DNA of 64,000 nucleotides from Bugula neritina. Its lineage: Eukaryota > Animalia > Bryozoa. A program made the position numbers and the translations under genes. Below the pieces are notes generated by a model. That model was not told where the DNA came from. It did no database searches and saw nothing but the letters and a program-made list of their open reading frames with translations. Shown piece by piece: positions 27,510-41,113 of this stretch. Within the stretch, counting starts at the first letter, position 1; the number at the start of each line of letters is the position of its first letter. The stretch spans positions 23,221,319 through 23,285,318 of the forward strand of contig OZ037768.1 in NCBI GenBank assembly GCA_964035545.1, given 5' to 3'.

Positions 27510-27881
27510 ATGTACGTCTCACAGGATACAGGGATGTATACCTCGGGAATAACGGAAATTTCAAAAGAAACAGGGATGACAGGGGAACAGAAAACAGTTA
27601 TCATAGTCGTGATTATCGTAGTCATCTTAGCAACATTTCTCGTGGGATATTGTCTACAAAAGGCATGTTGTCACGTGGCGGAAGCAATTGATGAAAGAGT
27701 TGAGAGAAAATTCAGCAAGCCTAGAGCGTACAAAATTAGCCTCGGCTCAGCTCAAACCATCTCCTCCTCTTTAGCTAGTGCTCCTTCCGAACCCCAGCTC
27801 TCTATGAATGAAGCACCCCCGCCTTATGAGTCTGTAGCTGTTCATGAACCCATGCTAAGACTCAACAGCGAATGGGTGTGA
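27510..27881 (+). CDS. Small single-pass membrane protein with cytoplasmic PPxY motif, 123 aa
   Basis: Hydrophobic TVIIVVIIVVILATFLVGY helix, juxtamembrane Cys cluster (CLQKACC), APPPYESV WW-ligand motif; upstream TATA box; probable 3'-UTR intron 27916-28182. Confidence 0.75.
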   Translation: MYVSQDTGMYTSGITEISKETGMTGEQKTVIIVVIIVVILATFLVGYCLQKACCHVAEAIDERVERKFSKPRAYKISLGSAQTISSSLASAPSEPQLSMNEAPPPYESVAVHEPMLRLNSEWV

Positions 27882-30800
27882 AATTCAGATAGGGATGTTA
27901 GCTTCAACATTTTAGGTAAGTTTTACAATGCAGACTGCATAATATTATCTATAAATACATTTAAAAGACAAATACTTTTCATAAATAGTTTTGGCCAATC
28001 AGCAACATTTATTAATTTAGAAAACAGACGCTTAATATAATAATAAAGTTATTATTAGTTATTAGTAAAAACAATTTGCCATTAATTTTTACCACTTTTG
28101 TTTTCTAATTTTCGTTGAATAGACAAAGTTTATTTACAAATAACTATATTGCTTGTTGCAATACATTTTGCTGTTATTGCAGATGGAAGTCATTGTTAGT
28201 CACCAGTCAGCAGGATCCGACCACGGCAGCATTAACCTAAGATAATAGACTCTGGCCACAAGAACATCGAGTTTGGATAAATACAGAAATACTCATCTTT
28301 CCATTATTCTTAGCCTGTGGTCAACAAAATCTCCCAATACACTGAACAAGGCTATATAACTTATATTTATTGTAAGTTTATATTGTTGGTATTATAAGTT
28401 ATAAAATAGATTTTTATGGCTAATATCTGTGTTTTTCTATTACCATAGTAACTGTTAGCAGTTTTTGTGACTCATTTCTGCTACAGTAATTATTATGATG
28501 CATTATAGTTATGTTGGAAAGTTTTACTCCAATACAATATTTTCCTCATATGTGCTCATTCAACCAGTTATGATGTTAGAAGGTTTTACACCATACTGGG
28601 CAACACTAGAGATGCGAGTTAGCATTGAACAGGTTCAAACAAAGGTTTATAAACCTTAAACTTTTTGAAATGTTTTAAAACAAATATTTAAAAAGCTTTT
28701 ACAATTTTTTTCTGTATATATGCCCTTATAAGGCAATTTTTTGTTTCAAGTGTGTTTTTAGAACTATAACTGATATCAAAGATCTGTCATAGTATCTTTA
28801 AGGCTAAAGTATTTATTTTCTATTGTGCAGTATTTATTACGTAGATAGTTATTTATTATAATTACTAGTTTAAATATTTATTGTATTTTGTGAAGAAATA
28901 AAATATTTGAGTAAATCAACAGCAATGAAAAAATTCATGTATCTGCTAATTTCGCTGCCAATTCAAGTCAGCTTGTGCAGTGCTGCCAGCATTAAACTTC
29001 CAAAATATTTGCTTGACAAATATTGACCCAGTATAATAATATTGTAGTCTTAACTTCTCTGTTGTTTTCTATAAATATACCATCATTAGCTTATAACTGG
29101 GTGTGTAGGCTCATTTAATTTGAACTTTCTAAATATGGAGTTGTGTTCAATAATGAAGCCTGCATCTTGCAGTTGGGTTGAAAACTTCCATAAAATACAC
29201 AATTACGTGTGCAAATCATACAGATAATGCTTTGCTGTGTTTGAAGCCCTGATAATATATGTGGCAATAAATAAACATATTCAGGAATATTGCGCAATAA
29301 ATGTAAGTCTGTAATAGACCAGCATATTATTCATCAGATCATATATGATTACTTCTTTAGGATTTCTTCACTTGAGCTGCTAAAATTTGTCACTTTTGAC
29401 TAACTCTCTTTAGAGAAAAATTTGTAAAATAGTTGCACCTGTGTCTAAACGTTGAAATATAAAATGCAAAAACATGAAATGCAAACACGGATATTTTCAA
29501 AAATAAAATGAAAGTTAATGCGGCGCTGAGGTTTTAAACTGTAACACGTAATCTCAACAATATATTATGTAGCTTCTAAGTGTATAACATTGTAACCATT
29601 TGTAAACATTGCATCATGTTAAAAATAGTAATTGTAATGTAAACAGTTGACAGTTGATATCAAGTGGGAGTTTATCTACTGAAGGAGCTGTGAAACATAT
29701 AAACCTTTATGTGGTATTACAACACCAGCGATATCATTAATCAGAGCTCAATTAATCGTATTACAAAACGATGGAATGAAGACCCAGGAATCTATAACTT
29801 ATCTTTGCAGCAAATTTCCAATCTCCAAATAATATACCTACTCAATGTAAACATGATATAATGTGTATTTATATACCTACATTATGTTGCAGAATATGCA
29901 ACATGTGTGTATGTTCTAATGAATATGTCTTCACCTCTACTCTTTCACTGATCAGCCAGTGGCATAATAATAGCTAAAATATAGACCCTAAATATTGGAT
30001 TTATTAATGGATTTATTATTGGATATATATTAATTAGAGCTACGGCCATACACAATCTATGCAATAGATGACACACGCACAAGGCCCAATTTATAATAAT
30101 ATCTTCCAGAGTTTGAGAAACTAGCAGCATTTGTTGGCAAAAGTTCAAGCAGAGTTTTGGATGTCTATTTCCATGAGTCAAACCATTCTAAAGTCTAAAC
30201 CAGTCTAAAGGAAACAGATTTCCAGACATGATGATGGTGCTCAGTGAAATGGATAGCTGTATTTTCACGCATGCCAGTGCCTTCTAGATGTTGTTAAAGA
30301 GATAGGTGCGTGGGAGAGTATTATATATATATATATGTTATTCAGGTATTTAGCTGTGTTGAAAGGCTATTATATAATAGAATAAAAGCTAGTGTGTTGT
30401 TTAAAATGAATGTTACATTCAATGAAATCTAAAAATCTAAAATGAAGGAAATAGTGAGTGAACTAAGAGACCACTTGCCAAAAATATAAAATTTCAATAG
30501 ATAATTTCTTCCAATTCTATGGGCATTAATTGGATTGAAGATATATAAATATATATATATTATATATATAAATTTCCTTATTACTGCATATAGTCAATAA
30601 GAATCAAATGACAGTAAGATCAAAACCATAAAAGCCAATTTCAAACCCATCTAACACATCACATGATACTAAAACTGTGTAATAAACAGCCCAACCCAAA
30701 CTAAATCTTTCCTACTAGCAAAATATTGCCTGTATTTCATATTTAACTTCCTAAATGAAAACCTTTCATTCAAAATGTGTTTCTTTTATGAGATATTTTC

Positions 30801-31273
30801 CCTAGCCATTCTTTCTATTGTAACAGCTCACTTCCTGTCATGTGATGAACCATCAATGTATTAAGCAGATATATTAGAGTTATAAAGGAAATGTATTAGT
30901 GCATAAAATACATCAAACACAATAAACATGCAGTAATATCATATAATCTGAAACTATCTGCTTTCCCAGAGAAATTTCTGTTTTACACCAGGAAACAGAG
31001 TCATTATATAATAGATGCTACACTCCTACATAACATTGAATTACATCATGGAAAATAAGAGGAGATCTTGTGATATTAAAAATGGGAAAGAATGTGATAA
31101 CGAAGTAACATAATGTAACAAAATATGTAAATAAAACCACTTATATACATTTTCATCACACGCCACATGACCCAAAATCACAAGTTGGAGGTACATTTGG
31201 CCAACTGTTGAGAGTTGTAATACACAGAGGGAGCTGTTGAGAATACATTCTAGTGGAGAAACATGACGCCCCT

Positions 31274-34200
31274 TCAGCCAGTGGAGAGGCTGGGTGACGA
31301 AGATACCCTTCCCGTGTCGTACTCCGGAGTGGGGCCACGGTGTTCCTCTAGCAGCTGTTTGTAAGCTGCAATACTATTCTCATCTAAACAGTGTCTCAGC
31401 CGCTCAAAGAACCTGAGGTAGTGGTGGATATTGTGTATGGAGAGAAGAACCCCTGCCAGCAACTCCTTAGTGTTTAGCAAGTGGTGGATGTAACCCCTGG
31501 TGAAGTTAGAACAGGTGTGACAGGTGCAACCCTCCAGGAGGGGGATAAACTGGTCTGCGTACTTTGAGTCCTTCAAATCTATCTCAAACATTACGTCAGC
31601 CTTAGCCTTAGGGTTCTGTAGAGAGAGGGGGAAGCTAAGAGCACCGCCCCGCTCGGTGACCTGGTAAGTGTACGATGTGTCAAATAGATCCACCCCTTCC
31701 TCTGCGAGAGTGAGAATGGCTACGGGATGCAGAGCTCCCAGCATCACACGAACTTTATCTTCGGGGAGACAACTTATCGTGTTCCTTAAAACTCCTAGCG
31801 GCTCCTTTTCATTCCAGAAGCACTCGGCCCTGACCCCGTAGTTATGGAAACCCTCAATAACAAACCCCGATACGGTAGTCATGGCAACAGAAGCCTTTGC
31901 ACATCTAGTCCTGGGCTCCAACAGCATGCCCCCTACTAGGGAGGCTAGAAGTGGTGTGCCCTCTATCTCTGAACCTGTAGGAATAAAGGCTAAGTTTGCA
32001 GAAGCAAATGCCCATGAGAGATGATCACATGGTTTTTGAGGGAAAAAATCTCTGCTTTTCCATCTATTAATAATCATATATGGGGAGAGATATGTCGTTA
32101 TCTCTAACCCTAGATGTGAGAATTGCACAATGAAATCAGAGAGCAGCTGTGGAAAATCACCGTGACACTCACAGAGACGCTTGCATCAGCCTTATTCCAA
32201 CAAACAGCCCATGGAAAGCAGCCCTAGCGTGTCATCACTGAATAAACTCATTGTGTTGGAGTGGAAAACAACATTCTTCAAGTTGAATTTGTTTTTCAAA
32301 TTACAAAAAAGTGCATCAATGAAATTCTAGCAAACACAGTATAGTAAAATAGAATGGGCCTGTCTTCATAATATAATAGTAGACCATTTTACTCTGAGAG
32401 CTATGGCCCTTCTAAGCTCACACAACCCCTTTCCATTTCATAGCCAAGGTTTCAACAAAGGCAACATATCAAAGAGGAGGGGGAAGGGTGTGTGTGACTC
32501 ACCTTGAAGAAAGTTGGTGGTTTTCTCTAGAAAGTCTACGGTTCTGTTGTATGCCTTGTTCATGCGAGTACTCCCGGAAGTGGTAGACTCGTTACCTTCG
32601 CTGTCTCCCAGACATTGTACCATGTCACACTTGAACGCCTCTTGCACCTGCGTCGGCAGCAAAAAAGAGAAAGAGTAGAGAGAATAATGAAAATATGTCA
32701 ATATCTAGATATACTGCCCATTATAGAGAGTTTCTAGAACTGTAGAGTGTAAACGTTTACGGGGCGGTTAACACAAGCCCGACTCACAAGCTCTAGAATA
32801 TACAATACTGAATCCACCATGTGGCTGCCAGCAATTAGTGAAGTCAGCGCATACCTTGACAAAGTCAGCGGGGGAGTATTGTTTGTTGCCTCCCCTGTTT
32901 CTGACTACCATAGTCTTCTTAGTGGAGCAGTTGAACTTGAGAATCTCAGCGCTGACGTCGTGACTGGCGCAGAATACCACCATGTTGTCGAGAGAAGCAA
33001 ACTGCGGGAGACCTCGCTTACACTCTCTTACCACATCCTGGTAGTCACTGAGGGTGCTGTCGGCAGCAAATAAACATTATCAGAATGCTATGCTTACTTC
33101 ATATATATGCTACTATAGCATATTACTAAATGCTTGTTATACTTATTCCATATTATCATATGCTTGTCATTATATTATAGTATATTTAGAATAGAGTAAC
33201 ACAGACATATTATAGACTATAGACTAAGTCGGGTAGTGCTCAGGACACCCATGATTTATGGCTAGTCAGAATGTAGTCTATCTAATGTGTACATTTATTA
33301 TCTATTTACTCTAACGTAAGTCTACTGGTGGTAGAACGTGCACTGCCTGTAAGATATGATGTACACAATAGCATGTTTCAGCACAATGTACAGGTGAAGC
33401 TGAATAGCTCGGGACGAGACGACTGGGCTGAATGCTAATGAAGTGTGACGTCACGCTAAGCTAACCAGCGCTTCTCTCAAGGAGGAGTCACGTGACCTTG
33501 GTACTTGGCACGTTTCGTGCACTCAAAGTTTAAGCATCTTATGGGGCTAGCATCAAAAAGCCAAACCTCAGGTGAAAAAATATTCTTTAAAACCTATGCA
33601 ATTGTCACAACAAGCATCATCCACGACTACCAGCAGTTTGGAAAAGTCTGTCAAGAGATAATCTCATACCTAAGTTTATCCATTTGGCTAACACCGGCAC
33701 AATTCCTATAGATTAGTCACTTGCAAGATACCTGCATATTATGTAACGGAACTAATTATTTTATGATATTGCGCATTGTATATTACCTATGTGTAATTAT
33801 AATATATAATATGCTTTAGAGCAGGAAAAAAGACTAATATATGGAAAGCACTGCTTACAGAGAAGGAACTGGTTGAATTTTATCAAGTGTAACATTTTTA
33901 GATCCTGGGGGTGTAGACACCGTAACACATAACATTACATTGCATGCAACATGATAGGCTGTGAAGTATAGAGTATAATAGTAATATAATATAGTACATG
34001 GTATAGTATATAATATAGTACATAGTATAGTATATAATATAGTACATGGTATAGTATATAATATAGTACATGGTATAGTATATAATATAGTACATAGTAT
34101 AGTATATAATATAGTACATAGTATAGTATATAATATAGTACATGGTATAGTATATAATATAGTACATGGTATAGTATATAATATAGTACATGGTATAGTA

Positions 34201-35531
34201 TATAATATAGTACATGGTATAGTATATAATATAGTACATGGTATAGTATATAATATATTACATAGTATAGTATATAATATAGTACATGGTATAGTATATA
34301 ATATAGTACATGGTATAGTATATAATATAGTACATGGTATAGTATATAATATAGTACATAGTATAGTATATAATATAGTACATGGTATAGTATATAATAT
34401 AGTACATGGTATAGTATATAATATAGTACATGGTATAGTATATAATATAGTACATGGTATAGTATATAATATAGTACATGGTATAGTATATAATATAGTA
34501 CATAGTATAGTATATAATATAGTACATGGTATAGTATATAATATAATACATGATATAGTATATAATATAGTACATGGTATAGTATATAATATAGTACACG
34601 GTATAGTATATAATATAGTACACGGTATAGTATATAATATAGTACATAGTATAGTATATAGTATAGTACACGGTATAGTATATAATATAGTACATAGTAT
34701 AGTATATAGTATAGTACATGGTATAGTATATAATATAGTACATGGTATAGTATATAGTATAGTACATGGTATAGTATATAATATAGTACACGGTATAGTA
34801 TATAATATAGTACATAGTATAGTATATAGTATAGTACATGGTATAGTATATAATATAGTACATGGTATAGTATATAATATAGTACATGGTATAGTATATA
34901 ATATAGTACATAGTATAGTATATAATATAGTACATGGTATAGTATATAATATAGTACATAGTGTAGTATATAATATAGTACATGGTATAGTATATAATAT
35001 AGTACATGGTATAGTATATAATATAGTACATGGTATAGTATATAATATAGTACATGGTATAGTATATAATATAGTACATGGTATAGTATATAATATAGTA
35101 CATAGTGTAGTATATAATATAGTACATGGTATAGTATATAATATAGTACATGGTATAGTATATAATATAGTACATGGTATAGTATATAATATAGTACATG
35201 GTATAGTATATAATATAGTACATGGTGTAGTATATAATATAGTACATGGTATAGTATATAATATAGTACATGGTATAGAAGACAACTCCCAACTGGTGTT
35301 TACTCTCACAGTTATATAGGGAAACGGAGAACAGACAGACCTCATGCTAGAAGTGGCAATCTGTGGCAGGTTCTCTATCCGCTTCAAGACATCAAGAGAG
35401 AGGTGAGGCACGCTGCCACACCTGGTGAACAGCATGCAACCAGGAGTCTCAACTTTGACATCTGGCAGCCGTCTAAACGCCGACAGCGTGCCTCTGCGTG
35501 CGACAGCATCTCCTCTCACCACAAACTTCAT
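31274..35531 (-). CDS. QTRT2: Queuine tRNA-ribosyltransferase accessory subunit 2, ~412 aa
   Basis: Exons 35531-35341, 33056-32855, 32647-32503, 31974-31274 in frame. ETPGCMLFTRCGSVPHL, GVDLFDTSY, zinc site GCTCHTCSNFTRGYIHHLL..ELLAGVLLSIHNIHHY. Lacks the catalytic DSGG motif of QTRT1. Confidence 0.95.
33984..35278. repeat. 24-bp minisatellite (TATAATATAGTACATGGTATAGTA) x ~54 in QTRT2 intron
   Basis: Highly homogeneous tandem array; it produces the CTILYTIP and YYIIYYTM repeat ORFs. Confidence 0.98.
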
Positions 35532-37783
35532 CTTCTCTAAAACACAGCAGAATAAGTGCTTCTGATGATTGAAAGTGCTGAGTTTGTTAAATAGTTATTA
35601 GCAAATACAAAGTGACAGTTGCAAAGATATAATTATTATATAAAGGGGACTTTTAAAAAAGACTTTCTGAAAAGATGTTGGGAGTTGCCTTCTTTTAGTG
35701 ACAAAAGCAATATGTTGTAAAACTTGTCTGATATTAGAAGTTGATACTATCAATAATATTACAATCGAAAACATCTACAACACTATGACCGTAGTTATTA
35801 TCATAGAGCAAAAACACAGTAGCACTAGGCCAACGTAAGAGATAAATTTTGAGCTTAGCTTATACTAATGCTTCTGCAGTTAAACTTATAGCAACAAATT
35901 TGAAAATATTGGTTACTGATAAATGAGTAGTTAAAAGTATTTATTACTTGAAGTTGTAAAAAGTTTGAAAGAAAATCTTAAAACAATACCAACAGACACT
36001 TTTACCTAGAATTAGAAGGTGTAGCTAATTAGCTCACTTTAAATATAAATATTAATTAATAAAGTATTTTGGTTATGGGGACTGGTGGGGTGAGAGACAA
36101 GCTACTGCTACTAATAAACTTATTACAGTCAGTGTGCTGTCACATTTACACTTATTTAGTCTTACTCATACCAAGTCTTACACTTAAACCGCTGCTAATA
36201 CCATTTAACTTTGATTTACTTTTAGTTCAAGTTTACAGTTAGTATCGTTATCACTATTACAACTATCGCTATGCCTAGCTCGTCTTGGCTGTAGAGAACT
36301 TGAGGGGGATGAAGGAATATGATACTATCACATAAATTCTGAAAAAATTGGTTGATGATTTCAGGGTCTTTAAAACTTGTCTGTAAGTTATTACTTATCA
36401 ACTAGGGTAATGCTTATGTTCAGTCTTTTTGTTGATATGGCAATATTTCTACTGATACGCTGCCAGCAACTTTCAGTTACTCTTAGCTATTACTTTTACT
36501 TTTAGATTAGTAATTAGGTTTAGGATTAATAAAGTTGAATCATTGCATTAGGTTTTGATATACACGTACCATATATGATATATTACCAATTAAATTTAAT
36601 TAATGATACTTATACCCATAGTGGTAGTCATATTTATACTGCATTTAAATTTTAATTTAAAACTAAATGTACTCAGTCTGATAGCCATAGTGAAGGTAAT
36701 ATTTAATCTAAGTTTCATAGTTATAGTCATGCTACCAGATTACTAGTGATAGTCTATAACTATAAGTACTAGTATTAAGTACTGGTAGTATTAGCTGTCT
36801 AGTAGTCATAGTGCCACAACTACTAGTATTAGTACTACTAATATTAGCTAGATAGCCTGTTAAGTTAATCTACACAAGAATGTTAACATTGCTTAGACTA
36901 CTGCCCAAGTACTGACAACTTATTTTCTATATGCCGCACACCCCTTTTTCCCTCTAGGGAAGCCTATTGTAGAGATAACATCGACAGTAGTACTAGTATT
37001 ACTACTACTAGTAGTAACACTTATACTACTAAGTATTGACTAAGACTAACTCTAAGTTAAAGTAAGTAATAGTGCTTACTAACACTAACAGGAACTTGGT
37101 GAGTAACATTAACAGTAACTGTAATTTATTCTAATAGTAATAGACTTTAGAGTAATACCATTACAGTACAACTAATAGTACAACTATTACTAATATTAAT
37201 ACTAATAGCAATAGGCTACTATTAGTATTAGTATTACTATTAGACTAATACTATTACTATTAGTATTACTAATAGGCTACTATTACTAATACTAATAGTA
37301 ATAGAGTCAGACATGCTCACATACTGAAACTGGTAGCGATACAGTTACAAATATAGTGATATACATACTGATACTCATAGTTATAGTATCAGTATGACAT
37401 ACTGATACTCATAGTCATACTCATAGTGATAGAAAATAGCAAGGTCCTAGTAACACTAACATCAAGTTCAACTAATACTTATATTATAAGTCTAAAAGAA
37501 AAGCAGTTACAATCACTATAAGTAATAGTAATTGTAACTGATTGAGTGATTTGCTTTTGGCTTTACTAAACTTTTACTTTTACTTTTAGAGTTTAATTTT
37601 TACTCACAGAGTGAGAGTGCGACTCAGAGTCCAAAGGCAAATCAAAGTTATAGTATAACTATAACTATAAGCACTAAGAGTAAGGGTGAGGTGAAGGTCT
37701 GAAAAATAAATTTAAACGCGAGACAGTAATATATTTACTATTTAGTAGTGATGGTGACTATTAGTATTAGTGATACATTTGCT

Positions 37784-38220
37784 CAGTGTGGTATATTAAG
37801 AGTGTTGCCATTAGCAAATCTTACGGAATCATATGGGCGCCATTATGCCGAGATTGGTACCGCGAGTTTATAAAAGTTATAGAGGAAAAATTTTGCCACT
37901 TTTGTTATTTTATTTTTTTTCTATTTTATGTGTACATTTTTTAAAATTTGTTTTATTGGTAAAGTTTTTAAACACATTTTTAATGCACATAAAATTAAAA
38001 GAAAAATTAAAACTCAATCATGCACATAAATACAAAGCTATAAAGTTAAAGCTTCGCTGTGATTTTAATGTGAATATGAATTGAACAATGCTTGCAATAA
38101 CCATTATACACAAAATACGTTACAGTTGCTATAAATGTAAGACTAGTTAATTGGATGCAAATAGGCACGGTAATACTACCTAATTTATGCTATTTTTGAA
38201 TTTTGTAGTAAATATTTGGC

Positions 38221-38289
<69 letters not shown>

Positions 38290-39088
38290 TTATACTTGTA
38301 TAATATATATATAATAATATAATATAGAATATATAAAGATATATATATATTATAATAATATATTATATATTATTATATATTATATATTATATTATTTTGT
38401 AAATAATATAATATAATAATATATTTTATATGATATTATATATATATATATATAATATAATAATATATTATATTATTATATTATATAATATATTATTATA
38501 ATATATTTTATATGATATTATATATATATATAATATATATAATATAATATATAATATAATAATATATAATATATTATTCTAATATATATATATATTATTA
38601 TAATATATATATATATTATATATATAATATTATTATACTTGTATAATATATATATAATAATATAATATATAATATATAAAAATATATATATATATTATAA
38701 TAATATATTATATATTATTATATATTATATTATTTTGTAAATAATATAATATAATAATATATTTTATATGATATTATATATATATATATAATATATATAT
38801 AATATAATATATAATATAATAATATATTAGTTTATTATATTATATAATATATTATTATAATATATATATATTATATATAATATTAATATACTTATATAAT
38901 ATATATATATATATATATTATAATATAATATATAATATATAATAATATATAATATATTATTATAATATATATATATATATTATAAATAATATAATATAAT
39001 AATATATTTTATATGATATTATATATATATAATACATATATAATATAATATATAATGTAAAAATATATAATATATTATTATAATATAT

Positions 39089-39148
<60 letters not shown>

Positions 39149-39577
39149 TACATGCCGAATATTTACTACAAATTTCAAAAATAGCATAAATTAAATAGTA
39201 TTACCGTGCCTATTTGCATCCAATTTACTAGTCTTACATTTATAGCAACTGTAACGTATTTTGTGTAAAATGGTTATTGCAAGCATTATTCAATTCATTT
39301 TCACATTGTAATCACAGCGAAGCTTAAACTTTATAGCTTTGTATTTACGTGCATGATTAAGTTTTAATTTTTTTTTAATTTTATATGTATTGAAAATATG
39401 TTTAAAAACTTTACCAATAAACAAAACTAAAAAAAATGGACACATAATATAAAAAAAAAAATAAAATCACAAAAGTGGCAAAATTTTTCCTTTATAACTT
39501 ATATAAACTTGCGGTACCATTAGCGACATAATGATTTTTCATGGTTTAAAGTCAACACTCTTAAATATACCACACTG
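37784..39577. mobile_element. Non-autonomous hAT-type foldback element (long inverted arms around an AT-microsatellite core)
   Basis: Termini CAGTGTGGTATATT..AAGAGTGTTG / CAACACTCTTAAATATACCACACTG; 8-bp TSD CATTTGCT at 37776-37783 and 39578-39585; arms ~37784-38223 and ~39150-39577 are reverse complements; core is (TA)n-rich; no transposase. Confidence 0.9.
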
Positions 39578-39699
39578 CATTTGCTCCATTTTTACAACCG
39601 AGTTAAATTGAAAAATGCTCTACACGTGCTACTAGACTGTTGATCTTGGGAATTTAGTTGATTTTATTGCGGGAAGACCACTTGACCAGTCAAAGTTGC

Positions 39700-39850
39700 T
39701 AACTGGCTGTCTTACTATAAATAGTAAAACGTATAAGCGTCCAAGTGTCGACAAAATTACGTAGTTTTTGACTTATTATTAGTCGAAAATCCACGTTTAT
39801 CGTTCACCCGGAAGCTCACCCACTGTCATAGAGACCGCCCAGCCTCAAGT
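39700..39850. promoter_or_regulatory. Putative bidirectional QTRT2/SWEET promoter
   Basis: CpG-richer patch with CCGGAAG at 39808-39814; candidate donors on both strands (minus GTAAGA ~39715; plus GTGAGT 40087); both genes have an acceptor just before their ATG. Confidence 0.5.
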
Positions 39851-40884
39851 TTTGTGCAAGTTCATGCTCAACACTTGATGTATGCTTGCAGCGGCTGTTT
39901 TGCAAATTAAAGCTCTATACGTCGGCTGCTGTGCAAACTCAAGTTGTTTTCAGGTGCTTGAAATATCACTGAACTAATCCAACAGCTGGCAAGAAAATAC
40001 AGACGTCAATATTTTGATGTTGAAGCATTTTTGTTTTGTTTTTAAACTAGAAGTAGAACTCGAAGTTGAAGGCTCCAGTTGACGTTGTGAGTACTACTCT
40101 GGCTACTACTACTCACTCTCAATACTACTACTAGTACTAGTAGTCTTAGCGTAACTTATAATTACTTAGAAATTGCATATATTTATTTGAAAAACAGTAA
40201 CAATTCAATTGCAATCTACATTTAAATTCCTGGTTTAATGTTTATTTTACTATCTAGTATTTATCACAACCACGTCCACTCACACTGTACTGTGATTAGT
40301 ACTATAGTCTATAAGTATAGTTATAAAGTATAATTATTAATTATAGTAATAAACTTAAAGCCTTATTTAACTTTTTTTTCATCAGTATGAGTATCAATGT
40401 GAGTATCATTTACACATCATTGTAATTGTTGATGTCAGTCTTGTAGTTAAAATCATAATACTGATAGTCATAATGGTGGCAATAGTTACTTACTGATTGT
40501 CGTAATAATGATGCTGATAGTAATTTTTATGAACTTTTTTAATTTGGCTGTTAAAAGATCTTTGATTACATAGCATTTTTATGCTGAATTAAGTCACCAT
40601 TGCGTTTTGTGAACTGCAAATACATTGTACAATGCAGGACTTTAAGACGATCTAAAATATTTTCAATAATAGACATCATTTAACTATATATGTGCTCCTA
40701 CTAAAGATTATTTCTAGTGCACATATCTTTATACCACGTAGATTTAGTGAAGCCCAAGTATTTTTATGATCTAAAAGTGTTGGGTAGCAGAAAATGTTTA
40801 AATAATATATACATGCAGATAAACATATAATAATATAATATGCATGTGTTATGTTTAGCTTTCAATCTCCAAGCTATTATCGGC

Positions 40885-41053
40885 TATGCTCTTTGGTACC
40901 TGTTATGCTCTTTGGTACCTGTTATGCTCTTTGGTACCTGTTATGCTCTTTGGTACCTTTTATGCTCTTTGGCACCTGTTATGCTCTTTGGTACCTGTTA
41001 TGCTCTTTGGTACCCGTTATGCTCTTTGGTACCCGTTATGCTCTTTGGTACCC
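40885..41053. repeat. 19-bp minisatellite (GTTATGCTCTTTGGTACCT) x ~9
   Basis: Tandem copies ending ~50 nt before the acceptor of the first SWEET coding exon. Confidence 0.95.
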
Positions 41054-41113
41054 GCATTGTGTCATTCTTCTTTAAGGAGTGGATGACTCATAGTCTGAGC
41101 TCTTAGAGAAATT

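Noticed and set aside
28900-30320. Possible degraded coding or transposon sequence between the PPxY gene and QTRT2
   Set aside because: Only short interrupted frames, with no recognisable motif, TIR or TSD.
33898-35292. Long YYIIYYTM-repeat ORFs (113 and 344 aa)
   Set aside because: Translations of an intronic 24-bp minisatellite.
31274-35531. Catalytic TGT (QTRT1) or bacterial tgt
   Set aside because: It has spliceosomal introns and lacks the DSGG catalytic motif; it fits the accessory subunit.
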